A stretch of DNA of 64,000 bases from Octopus sinensis. Taxonomy: Eukaryota. The notes under the pieces are model-generated. The model was given only the letters and a program-made list of their open reading frames with translations. It was not told the DNA's origin and searched no databases. The stretch spans positions 26,970,001 through 27,034,000 of the forward strand of contig NC_042997.1 in NCBI RefSeq assembly GCF_006345805.1. The letters are read 5' to 3'. Positions within the stretch are counted from its first letter, which is position 1. The number at the start of each line of letters is the position of its first letter. The position numbers were made by a program, and so were the translations under genes. Of this stretch, positions 1 to 10,887 are shown one piece after another.

Positions 1-488
1 GAACAGGGCTTTAGACTCTATTCAATAGAGCAAGAGAAGATGCTGAAGACTGGTCAATCCCACGCTGGAGAGGGCTGTTGCTACAATGCTAGAGGTGTGG
101 TAACAGGATTCGGCTCGTTGCCGTGCCTCTTGAAGTGGTTGTCGGTGAACCAGCCCCGATTTCTGGCCTCCCACCCTTGATTGTAACCGTAATGATACTA
201 GAGCGCGGTTTAGAAAGGCACCGACTGTTCACTTCGCAACGCCAAAGCCGAGTTTGAAGCCGAGATCAAGGTGTTCAAAGACCTTCCCATGCTCAGTGAT
301 GAATGCATGCGCATGGTTTCGGAACCGTCTTGAGACCATAGTAGAATGTAAGGACGTCTGCGTTGAACATATTATTATCATGGAACGATAGTCAAATTGC
401 ATTTTGCTATAAATACTTTATTTTTGAGAGGATGTTGCGTTTCCTTTTCCGTTTATGCAAACTGTCAAATTTATCTCGAACACTCTAT
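1..488 (+). mobile_element. Degenerate Tc1/mariner-superfamily transposase 3' fragment
   Basis: Broken translation gives VW*QDSARCRAS, PDFWPPTLDCNRND and a C-terminal FRNRLETIVE-like motif. Similar to the relic at 53498-53936. Confidence 0.65.
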
Positions 489-604
489 GTATATGTGCAC
501 CTATATACGTTTCCCCAGATATATATATATATTATTATATATATATATATATATATATATTAATATATATATTATATAATATATATATTATATATATATA
601 TATA

Positions 605-646
<42 letters not shown>

Positions 647-1817
647 ATGTATATGGCGGGGAAAGAGCGAATCTGCTTGTGTGAATACATGCATACATAT
701 ACATGTTTACTTTTGGACTTTTGGTTCTTTATTCTTTCAATTAAATCATAGACACTTATCGCAGTCCTCGTTTTATTGTTAATTAATTAATAAACTGATT
801 AATTAATTATTGATCGGTTTGTCAATATATATTTCCCCACACACCATGTTCTTCAGTTCTTGCAATTCAGAAAGAAGAGAACATCTCTGTTCGAGGAATA
901 AGAAAATATTAAAAAGGTCAAGTCTGTGTATAGAAGGTCTTTCGAAAAGCAATCAGTCAATAATTAATTTATTAATTAACAAGTTAATTAAAATTTAAGA
1001 TGTGAACAAAAACCAGGGTTGTTTTTTTATTGGGAAAATGGAAGGAAACAATATTGTCGGTCGCAAATCAGTATGACTTGGTAGCATGTACCGTGCTTAC
1101 ATCAATTTTTAGGTGTCCGACACTGAAAAAACTTTTGGCTTTTTAACTCTTGATCTAGTGGAACGAGAAGCGTGGGACAAAGAGAGAGTGAGTGGGATAA
1201 AGAGAGAGTGAGTGGAAGAAAGAGAGAGGGGAGGAGTAGTGGAAAGAAAGACAGAAAGAGCTATGCTAGCACTGAGAAATATACATTCACGAGATGAGTG
1301 ACGTAGAAGAAGTAATTTTTCCATGACCATTACATCGTTAATTTTATGACGCAGCTAGAAAATGGCAGAAATACAAATACATTCATATATAAATACATGA
1401 TTATACACACAGAGATAAACAGACACGCGCACACACACACACACACACACACACCACACACACACACCATACACACATGTGATCACGTGTTTCATGTCAT
1501 CAAGTACATTTGCATATAAACAGGTGGCGTGTACGGGCGCGGTCTGTTTGCGTGTGTGTGTGTGGGGGAGGGTTGTACATGTTTGTTATACGTACTTGTA
1601 AACAAGGCATAGAAAAGGGAGATTTTTCATTATTCAAAGTAGAATCATATAATTCACACAAAGCTAAAACTAAGATTTTTTTTGTTTCTCAGTTTCTCAT
1701 TCTGGAACGTTTGCCAATTACAGTAAATGAAATATAAAATCCGTAATATAATAACCATAGAGTGAAAAGTATCAAAATATCATAGCGGTCACCGATTTGA
1801 TAGTATGAAATAAAAAA

Positions 1818-2211
1818 TCTTTATATATAAAAGTCAAGTTGTGTGTCTGTCTCCTACGATTTAGATTCCTAACTACTCCCACATTTTGCGGTGTAGTTTA
1901 ACCAAAACCGGATATCTTATAGTCGTGATTCATATCGAGCCCTTCTGGGTATTAGCGCGCGTCTACGATGAGCCTACGATTTAAAAAAAAATTACCATCA
2001 TTTTTTTCCATTTTAATGCATTTTTCGCTATTATATAAGGGAAGTAACTCTCTAAAAATGTCTACGATGAGTCAACGATTTAAAAAAAATTACCATCATT
2101 TTTTTTCCATTTTTAATGCATTTTTTTGCTATTTTGGGGCTATAACTCTCTAAAAATGCTTATATAGTTATTTCCCTTACAAACCCGAGCAACGCCGGAC
2201 GATACTGCTAG
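1818..2211 (+). mobile_element. Non-autonomous Helitron-like element
   Basis: A|TC 5' end (1818), 3' hairpin CCCGAGCAACGCCGG followed by CTAG|T (2208-2212), and an internal ~99-bp tandem duplication (1961-2059 and 2060-2158). Confidence 0.75.
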
Positions 2212-2254
2212 TTCTCAATAAAGTAATCATTAAATAACGATAAAAATAGTTGTT

Positions 2255-2468
2255 TAAGGCGTTGAGCTTGCAAAATCGTTACCAAACGGGGGCAAAGTTT
2301 AGTGCTATTTCGACCGTCTTTAAATTCTGAATTCAAATTCGGCCCAGGTCGACTCTGCTTTTCGTCCTTTCGTGTTCGACAACATAAGTACCAGCTGAAC
2401 ATTGGAATCGAGGAAATTGACTTAAATACTTCCCCGATATTACTGTCGTTTTGACAAATTTGAAACCA
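2255..2468 (+). mobile_element. Degenerate SINE, family C (GGCGGCGAGCTGGCAG head; octopus OK-like, naming tentative)
   Basis: Matches the family motif TTCTGAGTTCAAATTCCGCCGAGGTCGACTTTGCCTTTCATCC seen in better copies at 50586 and 63490. Other worn copies occur near 11300, 15330, 20410, 24950, 25130, 28130, 28965, 29505 and 31900. Confidence 0.65.
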
Positions 2469-3162
2469 AGCTGAGCTGTTTAGGTTTAACGCTTACAGGA
2501 AATTATACCCGACAATAGTGGTGATATATGGACATGTACATGCATATACGAAAATAAACGTCAATATTTCTCTGAAAATCTAAAAACGTTGACACTTGCC
2601 TGTGCATAAAATTTTACTTAGGCTTTGCTATTCTATTCTCAGTGTTCTCCATTTTCTATTGTGTAGAATTAGTTACTTGTATGAGTAATTTGAAACGTAT
2701 GTGTATATATCAACAATGAAATTAACCTACAGTACCTTGGTTTCTCTGATCGTATGTTTAATCTGTAGATGTTTTCAAATAATAAAAGTTCTCGCTCGAC
2801 AGTTTTTAGTGTAAATATGAACAACTTTTGTTTTCCATAAAAAAATAATAAGTTTCGAGTATCATTGGAAATTAATGTGAGACATGTAATTTTCCGGTTT
2901 CTAGAACAAAATAATGAACGAACAGAATAAAGCTGAAACGAATTTTGAAGTAATTATCACTTAATCTAATAATATATCCCCGATTATATCTTTATATCTC
3001 TTAAAATGTTATTATCTCATTTGATTTTCGTGTATTATATTAGAAGTTTTGAAAGATTACTATCATGTTGACAATTGCATGATTATCTTTACATTGTAAT
3101 TAAAGGTGTAGACTACATTATTGTTCTGAAATTAAAACCATTAATGGGATTTGGAAATATTT

Positions 3163-3972
3163 ATGAGGTGGTATCAGAATAACCTATTTTGCTAGGTTTT
3201 AACATCATCTCCTTCGAAATAGATACTTTTCGCAGCAATAAACCGGTCCAGCGCTCCTACCAATTTTGGAATCTGGCCTGGCATTCGTTTTCCGTAAGCG
3301 AGTCTAGAACCTACTGCGATTCGCTCTGGATCTCGAAAATAGCGACTTCTGAGCTGTATTTTTATCTTGAAGAGATGGAAGTCGGCCAGTGCTAAGTTTG
3401 GTGAATAGGACTGGTGCCGAATCGGTACCATGTTGATTTTGGCGAGAAAATCACGAGCGAGGAGAGTTCGGTGACGAATCTAATTCTTCGTGCCCCATAT
3501 ATCTGGTCGCTTTCGCCGAATTTCCTCCCTCAAAAGCTTCAAAACATTGCCGTAAAACTGTAGATTGACGGCTGGCCATAGGGGCGAATTCACAATAGCA
3601 CATTTCGATAGGGGGTGATGCCCGTGGCAAGTCTTCCAGATTACTCATTGTCTTCCAAAGATGTCCTTCTGCTTTTGAGGTGTGCTCGTGTCACTCGAAA
3701 CATTACGTACGACACATTGCCTCGACGCCATGGGCTTGTCAATGTCTCTATATGAGACTTCCCAAGTTTAATGCAAAACTTCACGTTGGCTCTTTGTTCC
3801 TGTCCATGACAAAACCACAGACTACAGCAGACACATGATCACAAAAACAGAAATTTCACAACATGTGAAGAAAACACAGCGAAGGTCACTGCTACTTCTC
3901 ACTGCATGAGCAGGCGTGTGCTGTCATCTGCTAGCGCGCTACAGAGTTGGTCTGGGAACGTTTTGATACCAT
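3163..3972 (-). mobile_element. Internally deleted, degenerate mariner element
   Basis: The minus-strand translation HQSYSPNLALADFHLFKIKIQL...RFIAAKSIYFEGD resembles the mariner YSPDLAPxD C-terminus. Worn TIR-like ends (GAGGTGGTATCA / TTTTGATACC). Confidence 0.7.
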
Positions 3973-4599
3973 TAGTGCATTTAAGGATCCTGCGCCTGAA
4001 TTTCTACATGAATATACATATACACACACACACACACGTATATGCATGTATATATGCATGTGAATATGTATTATGTTTATATGTATGCATGGATATATAC
4101 ACATATGCGTTTTCGAGTGAGAGTGAAAATAGATAGTTTACGTCTCAAGAATTTGGAAACAATAGCGTGTAAATATTGGATTACGAAACCACTTTGGACT
4201 ATTTAAAAATCCGCTTTGTCTACTTGAAATTCCACTGTTAAAGATCATCTAAGGCAATTGTTTTTCTGATGAAGCTATTGAGCCAGAAACACAAGTGAAT
4301 AAAAGGCAACGAGGATGTGCAGGTATTAGTGCATTTCAGCCGATTCAAGCGGTTCGATCTAATCGATCAATGTAATCCTTTTATTTTCTAGTTCTGATGA
4401 AACTTTTGCTAAAAAAATTGTAATAGAGTATCCTGTGCGTTGAAAGTCTATAGGGTCCAATGTAACCGAGGAAACCGGGTTATTTTAAACTGATGTAATG
4501 CTTGCATTGATCTATGAAATGGAACCCTTTGAAACAGTCATAATGCATTAATACCCGGGTATCCTTGTTACTTAGTTGCTTTTTATATCTTCATATATA

Positions 4600-4650
<51 letters not shown>

Positions 4651-4694
4651 GATAGATAGATAGATAGATAAATAGATATAGATATAGATATAGA

Positions 4695-4863
4695 TATCGC
4701 TAGCCACTACACATTCTTTATTTTCTCTCCTTGTCTTCTGTCGAAGACCATAGCCTCGTAACGTTAAAGACTTTTTAACTTCCCGAGCGTAAACTGATAC
4801 ATCTGTATGCTGTCTACACCACCTGCCTTAGTCTTTTGTTTTTTTCTTTTAGTGAATTCTCCC

Positions 4864-4864
<1 letters not shown>
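4695..4864 (+). mobile_element. ~190-bp (TA)n-abutting element with a hammerhead-like fold, copy 1 (degenerate)
   Basis: Aligns by eye with the copies at 6617, 41608 and 55669. The 3' end CTCCC runs into (TA)n. Confidence 0.7.
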
Positions 4865-4897
<33 letters not shown>

Positions 4898-4919
4898 TAC
4901 ATATATAAATATACATACA

Positions 4920-5210
4920 TACATCACGTGATCACGTGATGATCACGTGACCAATCAGACCATCAGATGTTGTTACACATCGCTGGTCACAATGCGTTCG
5001 CATTGTTTTAGCGAGCAGGCCAGCAGAGGAAAGAGTAGGAGAAAGAGTGGTGAAAGAGTACAGCAGAGATCACCACCTCCTGCCGGAGCGTCGTGGAGCT
5101 TTTAGTTGTTTTTGCTCAATAAACACTCACAACTCCCGGTCTAGGAATCGAAACCGCGATCCTACGACTGCGAGTCCGCTACTCTAACCACTGGGCCATT
5201 GCGCCTCCAC
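4920..5210 (-). mobile_element. tRNA-derived SINE, family B head with tail type 3
   Basis: Reverse complement begins GTGGAGGCGCAATGGCCCAGTGGTTAGAGTAGCGGACTCGCAG...GTTTCGATTCC (Pol III A and B boxes). The tail ends in GTGATCAC repeats. Confidence 0.8.
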
Positions 5211-5226
5211 ACATACATACATACAT

Positions 5227-5274
<48 letters not shown>

Positions 5275-5296
5275 TATATATTATATATATATATAT

Positions 5297-5337
<41 letters not shown>

Positions 5338-5400
5338 TATATATATATATATATATATATAATATAATATATATATATTATATATATATATATATAATAT

Positions 5401-5439
<39 letters not shown>

Positions 5440-5544
5440 GGTTATCCGTAATAATGAAGGGTGAAATTAATTAATTTGGAATAATTATCAATTACACCAA
5501 GTAGTCTTCGGCATGTAAGAGCCTCATTCGAGGAAAATTAAGTA

Positions 5545-5783
5545 ATACTAAGCAATAAAGGGTTTAGCAACGAATTGCCTTAGCACATACCGAATTTAGA
5601 AATAGCAGTCAAAGAGTTATAGCTATTTCTTCTACTAAAAAGGGAGATCTCAGTAAAAACAGCGATTGCTGTTTTTACTGAGATCTCCCTTTTTAGTAGA
5701 AGAAATAGCTATAACTCTTTGACTGCTATTTCTAAATTCGGTATGTGGTAAGGCAATTCGTTGCTAAACCCTTTATTGCTTAG

Positions 5784-5786
<3 letters not shown>
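5545..5786. repeat. 242-bp spacer-less palindrome (121-bp arms, 2 mismatches)
   Basis: Checked base by base. Centre lies between 5665 and 5666, with mismatches only at 5583/5748 and 5664/5667. (TA)n directly follows the right arm, and a further (TA)n tract lies ~90 bp left of the left arm. Confidence 0.97.
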
Positions 5787-5814
<28 letters not shown>

Positions 5815-6000
5815 CATATATACATATATATACATACATGCATATATATATATATGTGTGTATATATAAGAAATTCCAAAAGTATTTAAGGATCTACAAA
5901 TTCAATATCCCAACATATCACATCTATTTTCATTGCTCCACCTCACTCTCTATTTTGTATCACATCTAAACTAAATATGACTTAACTATCCTCACACACC

Positions 6001-6052
6001 GTCTCCGATGAAGGGATATAACTAATAAATATCCTGGAAACAGCTGCAAGGC
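6001..6052 (+). ncRNA. Minimal type I hammerhead-like motif (C4 core variant, mutated cleavage triplet) in a Penelope-like terminal-repeat relic (~5870-6260)
   Basis: GTCT-CCGATGA-AGGGATAT(loop)ATATCCTG-GAAA-CAGCTG-CA-AGGC: 4-bp stem I, 7-bp stem II, palindromic CAGCTG stem III, and triplet GCA instead of GUH. Confidence 0.6.
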
Positions 6053-6255
6053 CTTCTATCTATAAATGTTCTAATACCTACACAGCCTTGGTTTTTTATC
6101 TCATTACGCAAAAAGTTCTTATATACACACGCTGACATATGACCAACACTGAACCCCTTATTCACAAACTCACCGAATCTGGAACTTAACTATTGTGTGT
6201 CTATAGCAGTTATTCAGCATTACTTGACACATTTGGTTCTCAATGACACCATTAC

Positions 6256-6299
<44 letters not shown>

Positions 6300-6616
6300 G
6301 TATTATACCATAAGTTACATATTTGCATCATACCTTAATACTGTGTAGACTAAGATCGCCGTTGACACGTTGCTGGTATTTATTGCGTTAAACATTTTCG
6401 GTATGCAAATTAGAGACACCTTCACAGAATAACTGCTGCATTTGTTGATTATATAAACAGATTGGTTGATTCTTTCTCTGGAGTGTGTTAGAGTGATGTG
6501 GATGCCCCTGATGAGAACCCAATATGGTTTGAAAATCCATGCAGAGAATTGGCCCTGTTTATAATTATAACATATGTTTTTATATATATATATATATATA
6601 TATATTAGTCGCCATG

Positions 6617-6800
6617 ATAGATCGTTAGCCACTACACACATTTTTTCCTCTCCTTGTTTTTTTTCTGTGTCCCTTTCTGCAGAAGAGCGTAGGCTCGGAA
6701 AGTAAAAGACTTTTTCTATTTCTGAGCGTTATAGTAATACATCTGTTTGTTTTCTACACCACCTGTGTTCGTCTTTTGTTTTTTTCGTAAACTCTCCCTA
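6617..6800 (+). mobile_element. ~190-bp (TA)n-abutting element with a hammerhead-like fold, copy 2
   Basis: Motif CTTT-CTGCAGAA-GAGC-GTAG-GCTC-GGAA-AGTA-AAAGAC at 6673-6710, with (TA)n on both sides. Confidence 0.75.
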
Positions 6801-6804
6801 TATA

Positions 6805-6891
<87 letters not shown>

Positions 6892-6892
6892 A

Positions 6893-7575
6893 CTAGCTAA
6901 AGGTGACCCGCTCTACGCGCGGGTAAGAGTGTGGTTGTTACTTTCTGTTGCTTCCTTTCAGCACGTAAAAAGCACCATCGGAACGTGGCCGATTGCAGCG
7001 CCGCCTTGACTTGCTTCTGTGCCGGTGGCACGTAAAAAGCACTAACCGATCGTTGCCGCTACGAGCCCCCCTGGCACCTGTGCCGGCGGCACGAAAAAAG
7101 CACCCACTACACTCACAGAGTGGTTGGCGTTAGGAAGGTCATCCACCTGTAGAAACACTGCCAGATCAGACTGGAGCCTGGTGTAGCCTCCTGGCTTCCC
7201 AGACCCCGGTCACACTGTACAACCCGTGCTAGCAAGGAAAACGAACGTTAAACGATGATGATGATTTGAAAAGAGTCAGTGAAAAAGAGAGGAAATAGCG
7301 AGAGTGACAGATACTTTAAATAACGGTAGTGGACATTGTCAAAGTTATTTATGAAGAGGAGTGAGAGGATATTGGAGGAAATATCGTGAGTGAGGAAGAT
7401 GGCCCCTAGCAACCACACCTTTTAAGATAGGGATTTCTAAGGTAGCCTATGAGCATCGTCACCTCATTCTACATGTCCCTGTAAATTTTGGAGCGAATCG
7501 GACGGGATATAGTGGCATTGAAAGCGATCCAAGCGGTAAAAACGCATTTCAGTTTTATATATATATATATATATA
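6893..7575 (-). mobile_element. Non-autonomous Helitron-like element with a nested retroposon
   Basis: Minus-strand 3' end has the hairpin ACCCGCGCGTAGAGCGGGT followed by CTAG|T (6893-6896). The 5' end (TATATAAAACTGAAATGCG...) merges into (TA)n near 7560-7580. Confidence 0.6.
6955..7265 (+). mobile_element. Short retroposon fragment ending in (GAT)n
   Basis: Repeated GGCACGTAAAAAGCAC modules, a GGTTGGCGTTAGGAAGGTCATCCACCTGTAGAAA core resembling V-SINE-type central domains (recalled, not aligned), and a 3' (GAT)n tail. Confidence 0.55.
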
Positions 7576-7586
7576 TATACATATGA

Positions 7587-7770
7587 AGGCACGACCGTTA
7601 GGTAGTCGCTTCAACTCCCAGACCGGGCACTACGTGGTGTTCTTGAGCACGCCTTTCAATGATAGGGGGAGTTTGGCCTGCTCGCCTAGTCAGTGGTGTG
7701 GCGTCATTTGATGGATAAAACAATGCAAAGTTCACTGAGACCAGTAATGTGTTACAGCATCTGGTATACA
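7587..7770 (+). mobile_element. Degenerate SINE family B (tail type 3)
   Basis: CTCCCAGACCGGGC head remnant and an AAAACAATGC...GACCAG...TGTGTTACAGCATCTG tail match the 4920-5210 copy. Confidence 0.5.
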
Positions 7771-8754
7771 TATATATGTATTATATAAATATACATGCAT
7801 GTGTGTGAGAGTAAGGTGTATGCGTGTGTACATATATATGTATGAGTATCAAGTAGCTGGTTTTAATAACTAATGAAAAGGTCAGTGCATTTATAAAACC
7901 TGTTTATTTCAACATAAAACCAAATTGTAAGATGTCCGCTAGCCTTGATCACTATTCCTACAGCGTATGGCATTAACGGTGGCTTATTTGTAATACTTTA
8001 AACAAACTTTTAACCCTATCAATGTTATGGCTTCCCACGTCGGTGAAATCATATAACTATTTCCGATATTAACTGGCTTTACTGAACGTGATATATTTGA
8101 TAATTTATATTCCTTCTAATCTCGCAAATCATATGCGACTCGGCAAAATTTTCTGCCATTTATGTCATAAATGCTTCAACGAATATTTGTATTGGAACTA
8201 AAAATCACTTAATCTGATTTCCAATAACAATACCGTAATCGCAGTTGAAGGGAAATATCAAAAAAACAAAACATGTATTAGCTTTTGTTCTTTATGTCCT
8301 CATTACGTATTTATAAGCTTGAACAACGCTGAAACAAAAGAAGAAATAAACGAGACAAGTGTATGTTACCAAGGTTGATATATTCTATTTGGGCTAAGTT
8401 ATATATTTTCCTCATTCCTTTTATCAATACTTTTTGCCTTTGCTACTTCTCAGCCATTATATTTACGCAAACAACGAACATGCACATCCATTTTTACTGT
8501 CACAGGTTTCACTACAGTTTATTATTGCTAATATCATTGTTATTCTTGTTGTTGATGGCACTGGTGTTTATCTTAGATTAGCATTGATCAAGATGAACGA
8601 TGAATCGAAGCCTTTGAGCTTCAGTATCTTGGACTGTACAATCCATTGCATTTTCCCATTTTAAATACGGAAATATTTGATTCCAGAGATATTTGTTCGC
8701 TATTTCTAACTAATCAAACGAATACATTGTGAATCCTTTGTTCACGTTTTCTTA

Positions 8755-8967
8755 TTACTCTTTTACTCTTTTACTTGTTTCAGTCATTTGACTGCGGCCA
8801 TGCTGGAGCACCGCCTTTTAGTCGAGCAAATCGACCCCGGGACTTATTCTTTGTAAGCCCATTACTTATTCTATCGGTCTCTTTTGCCGAACCGCTAAGT
8901 GTCGGGGACATAAACACACCAGCATCGGTTGTCAAGCAATGCTAGGGGGACAAACACAGACACACAA

Positions 8968-9044
<77 letters not shown>

Positions 9045-9204
9045 TACGACAGGCTTCTTTCAGTTTCCGTCTACCAAATCCACTCACAAGGCATTGGTCG
9101 GCCCGGGGCTATAGCAGAAGACACTCGCCCAAGATGCCACGCAGTGGGACTGAACCCTGAACCATGTGGTTGGTTAGCAAGCTACTTACCACACAGCCAC
9201 TCCT
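8755..9204 (-). mobile_element. tRNA-derived CORE-like SINE, family A (octopus OR2-like, naming tentative)
   Basis: Reverse complement AGGAGTGGCTGTGTGGTAAG...GGTTCAGTCCC (A/B boxes), CORE-like CTTGGGC(A/G)AGTGTCTT, internal (CA)n/(TA)n, and a TAAAAGAG tail. Confidence 0.85.
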
Positions 9205-10061
9205 TATATTATTTTCTTATTAATATTTAATAATACTAATATTAATTCATGTTTTGTATTGACACTCTTCCTACCAATGTTGTGGAGCATTACTCATACT
9301 AGTGTCATTTTGATAAATGATTCTATTACACAGAATATTTTCAATTTTACTTACTGTACTAATCCAAAGATTTAGTTCTCAGTATTTTATGACTCATAAC
9401 CCTTTTATCTGTAGTTATACGGAAACCCGACAGAAAACCATAAGTCAATTTTTCACATATAGCAAACACCTACTACAATTACTTCACTTGTTCCTCGTTA
9501 ATCTCATAGTAACGAAATTTATTAAGCATACCGAATTTTCTTTTGAGAGAATAGCTTTTAAGATAAGACAATCGGCTTCTAGGCATACCTTTTGCCTATG
9601 AATTGCAACAATAAAAATATTAATTTAGTACATAGATATAAATTCTCATATTTCGAGAAGAGTTGTAGAGGTGTCACACCAAACTAACAAATTACAAAAC
9701 CCCCGACACTAGTCTGGTATTTTGTTTATCGATTCCAGATGTAAGAAAGATAACTCTAACTTCGGTTGAATTTGAATTCAAAATGTAATGTACTTGAATG
9801 AAAACCGTATCTGAGTTTTCCGAGACAGTAACAAGTTCTTCCTTAGCATCGTTCTTAATATATGTTTTCGATATTGGCCTGAGGAACGAAACTTGCGGAA
9901 GAGATTACCTGATTGTATTAAGTTTCCAATGGTACTTCAGTTTATCAAGTCTGAAATGAACTTTAACTTACAGACTTGATTTAGATGAAATGCTGCTACG
10001 TAATACTCCGGCCTGCTAATCATTCTGTCACTTCATCCACTTAATAACAATAACGACAATA

Positions 10062-10094
10062 ACAACAACAACAACAATAACAATAATAATAATA

Positions 10095-10151
<57 letters not shown>

Positions 10152-10186
10152 TTGATGATGATGATGATGATGATAATAATAATGAT
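10062..10186. repeat. Compound (AAC)n-(AAT)n-(ATG)n microsatellite
   Basis: Visible directly and responsible for the poly-Met ORF at 10095. Confidence 0.95.
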
Positions 10187-10200
10187 AATATCTTTTACAG

Positions 10201-10285
10201 ATGCCGTTCATACATACGTTAGTCGTTTAACAAAGTGGATACCTAATACTCGCGGGGATGTAGAACAACATTACACAGAGACAAG
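10201..10285 (+). other. Candidate 85-nt exon (coding status unknown; possibly an upstream UTR exon of the K2P gene)
   Basis: Acceptor TCTTTTACAG ends at 10200 and donor AAG|GTGAGT starts at 10286. One frame is open (AVHTYVSRLTKWIPNTRGDVEQHYTETR) but I do not recognise the peptide. Confidence 0.45.
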
Positions 10286-10497
10286 GTGAGTAGAAAATTT
10301 AACAGACACTCGATTAAGTACACAAAGTGCCTGTGTAAAACATTTATGATTTCATAAACTGCTAAATTGAAGAATAAAAGCAAATAAGGTACGTTAGGCA
10401 GTTTCGGTTAAGAACACACCACCTAGGTTTGATAACGGCACCTACGTTTGACACGTATTCCTTGAACTTCAACTTTTGTGATAAAAATGCGTATAAA

Positions 10498-10887
10498 CGC
10501 AGGAGTGGCTGTGTGGTAAGTAGCTTGCTAACCAACCACATGGTTCCGGGTTCAGTCCCACTGCGTGGCATCTTGGGCAAGTGTCTTCTGCTATAGCCCC
10601 GGGCCGACCAATGCCTTGTGAGTGGATTTGGTAGACGGAAACTGAAAGAAGCCTGTCGTATATATGTATATGTGTATATGTGATTGTGTGTGTGTGTTTG
10701 TCCCCCTAGCATTGCTTGACAACCGAGGCTGGTGTGTTTACGTCCCCGTCACTTAGCGGTTCGGCAAAAGAGACCGATAGAATAAGTACTGGGCGTACAA
10801 AGAATAAGTCCCGGGGTCGATTTGCTCGACTAAAGGCGGTGCTCCAGCATGGCCGCAGTCAAATGACTGAAACAAGTAAAAGAGTAT
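10498..10887 (+). mobile_element. SINE family A, near full length
   Basis: CGCAGGAGTGGCTGTGTGGTAAG...AAACAAGTAAAAGAG, in inverted orientation relative to the 8755-9204 copy. Confidence 0.88.

Noticed and set aside
776-982. Imperfect inverted repeat of TTAATTAA-rich sequence
   Set aside because: Low-complexity, self-complementary AT motifs with indels and no TSD or internal motif.
5480-5545. Minus-strand CTCGAATGA-GGC/GCC-GAAG next to the palindrome
   Set aside because: The core and GAAA are both altered and stems I and III are not evident. Noted only as a possible relic.
6501-6545. CTGATGA-GAACC/GGTTT-GAAA, a canonical hammerhead core with stem II
   Set aside because: I could not form stems I and III with an NUH site, so it is at most an eroded relic.
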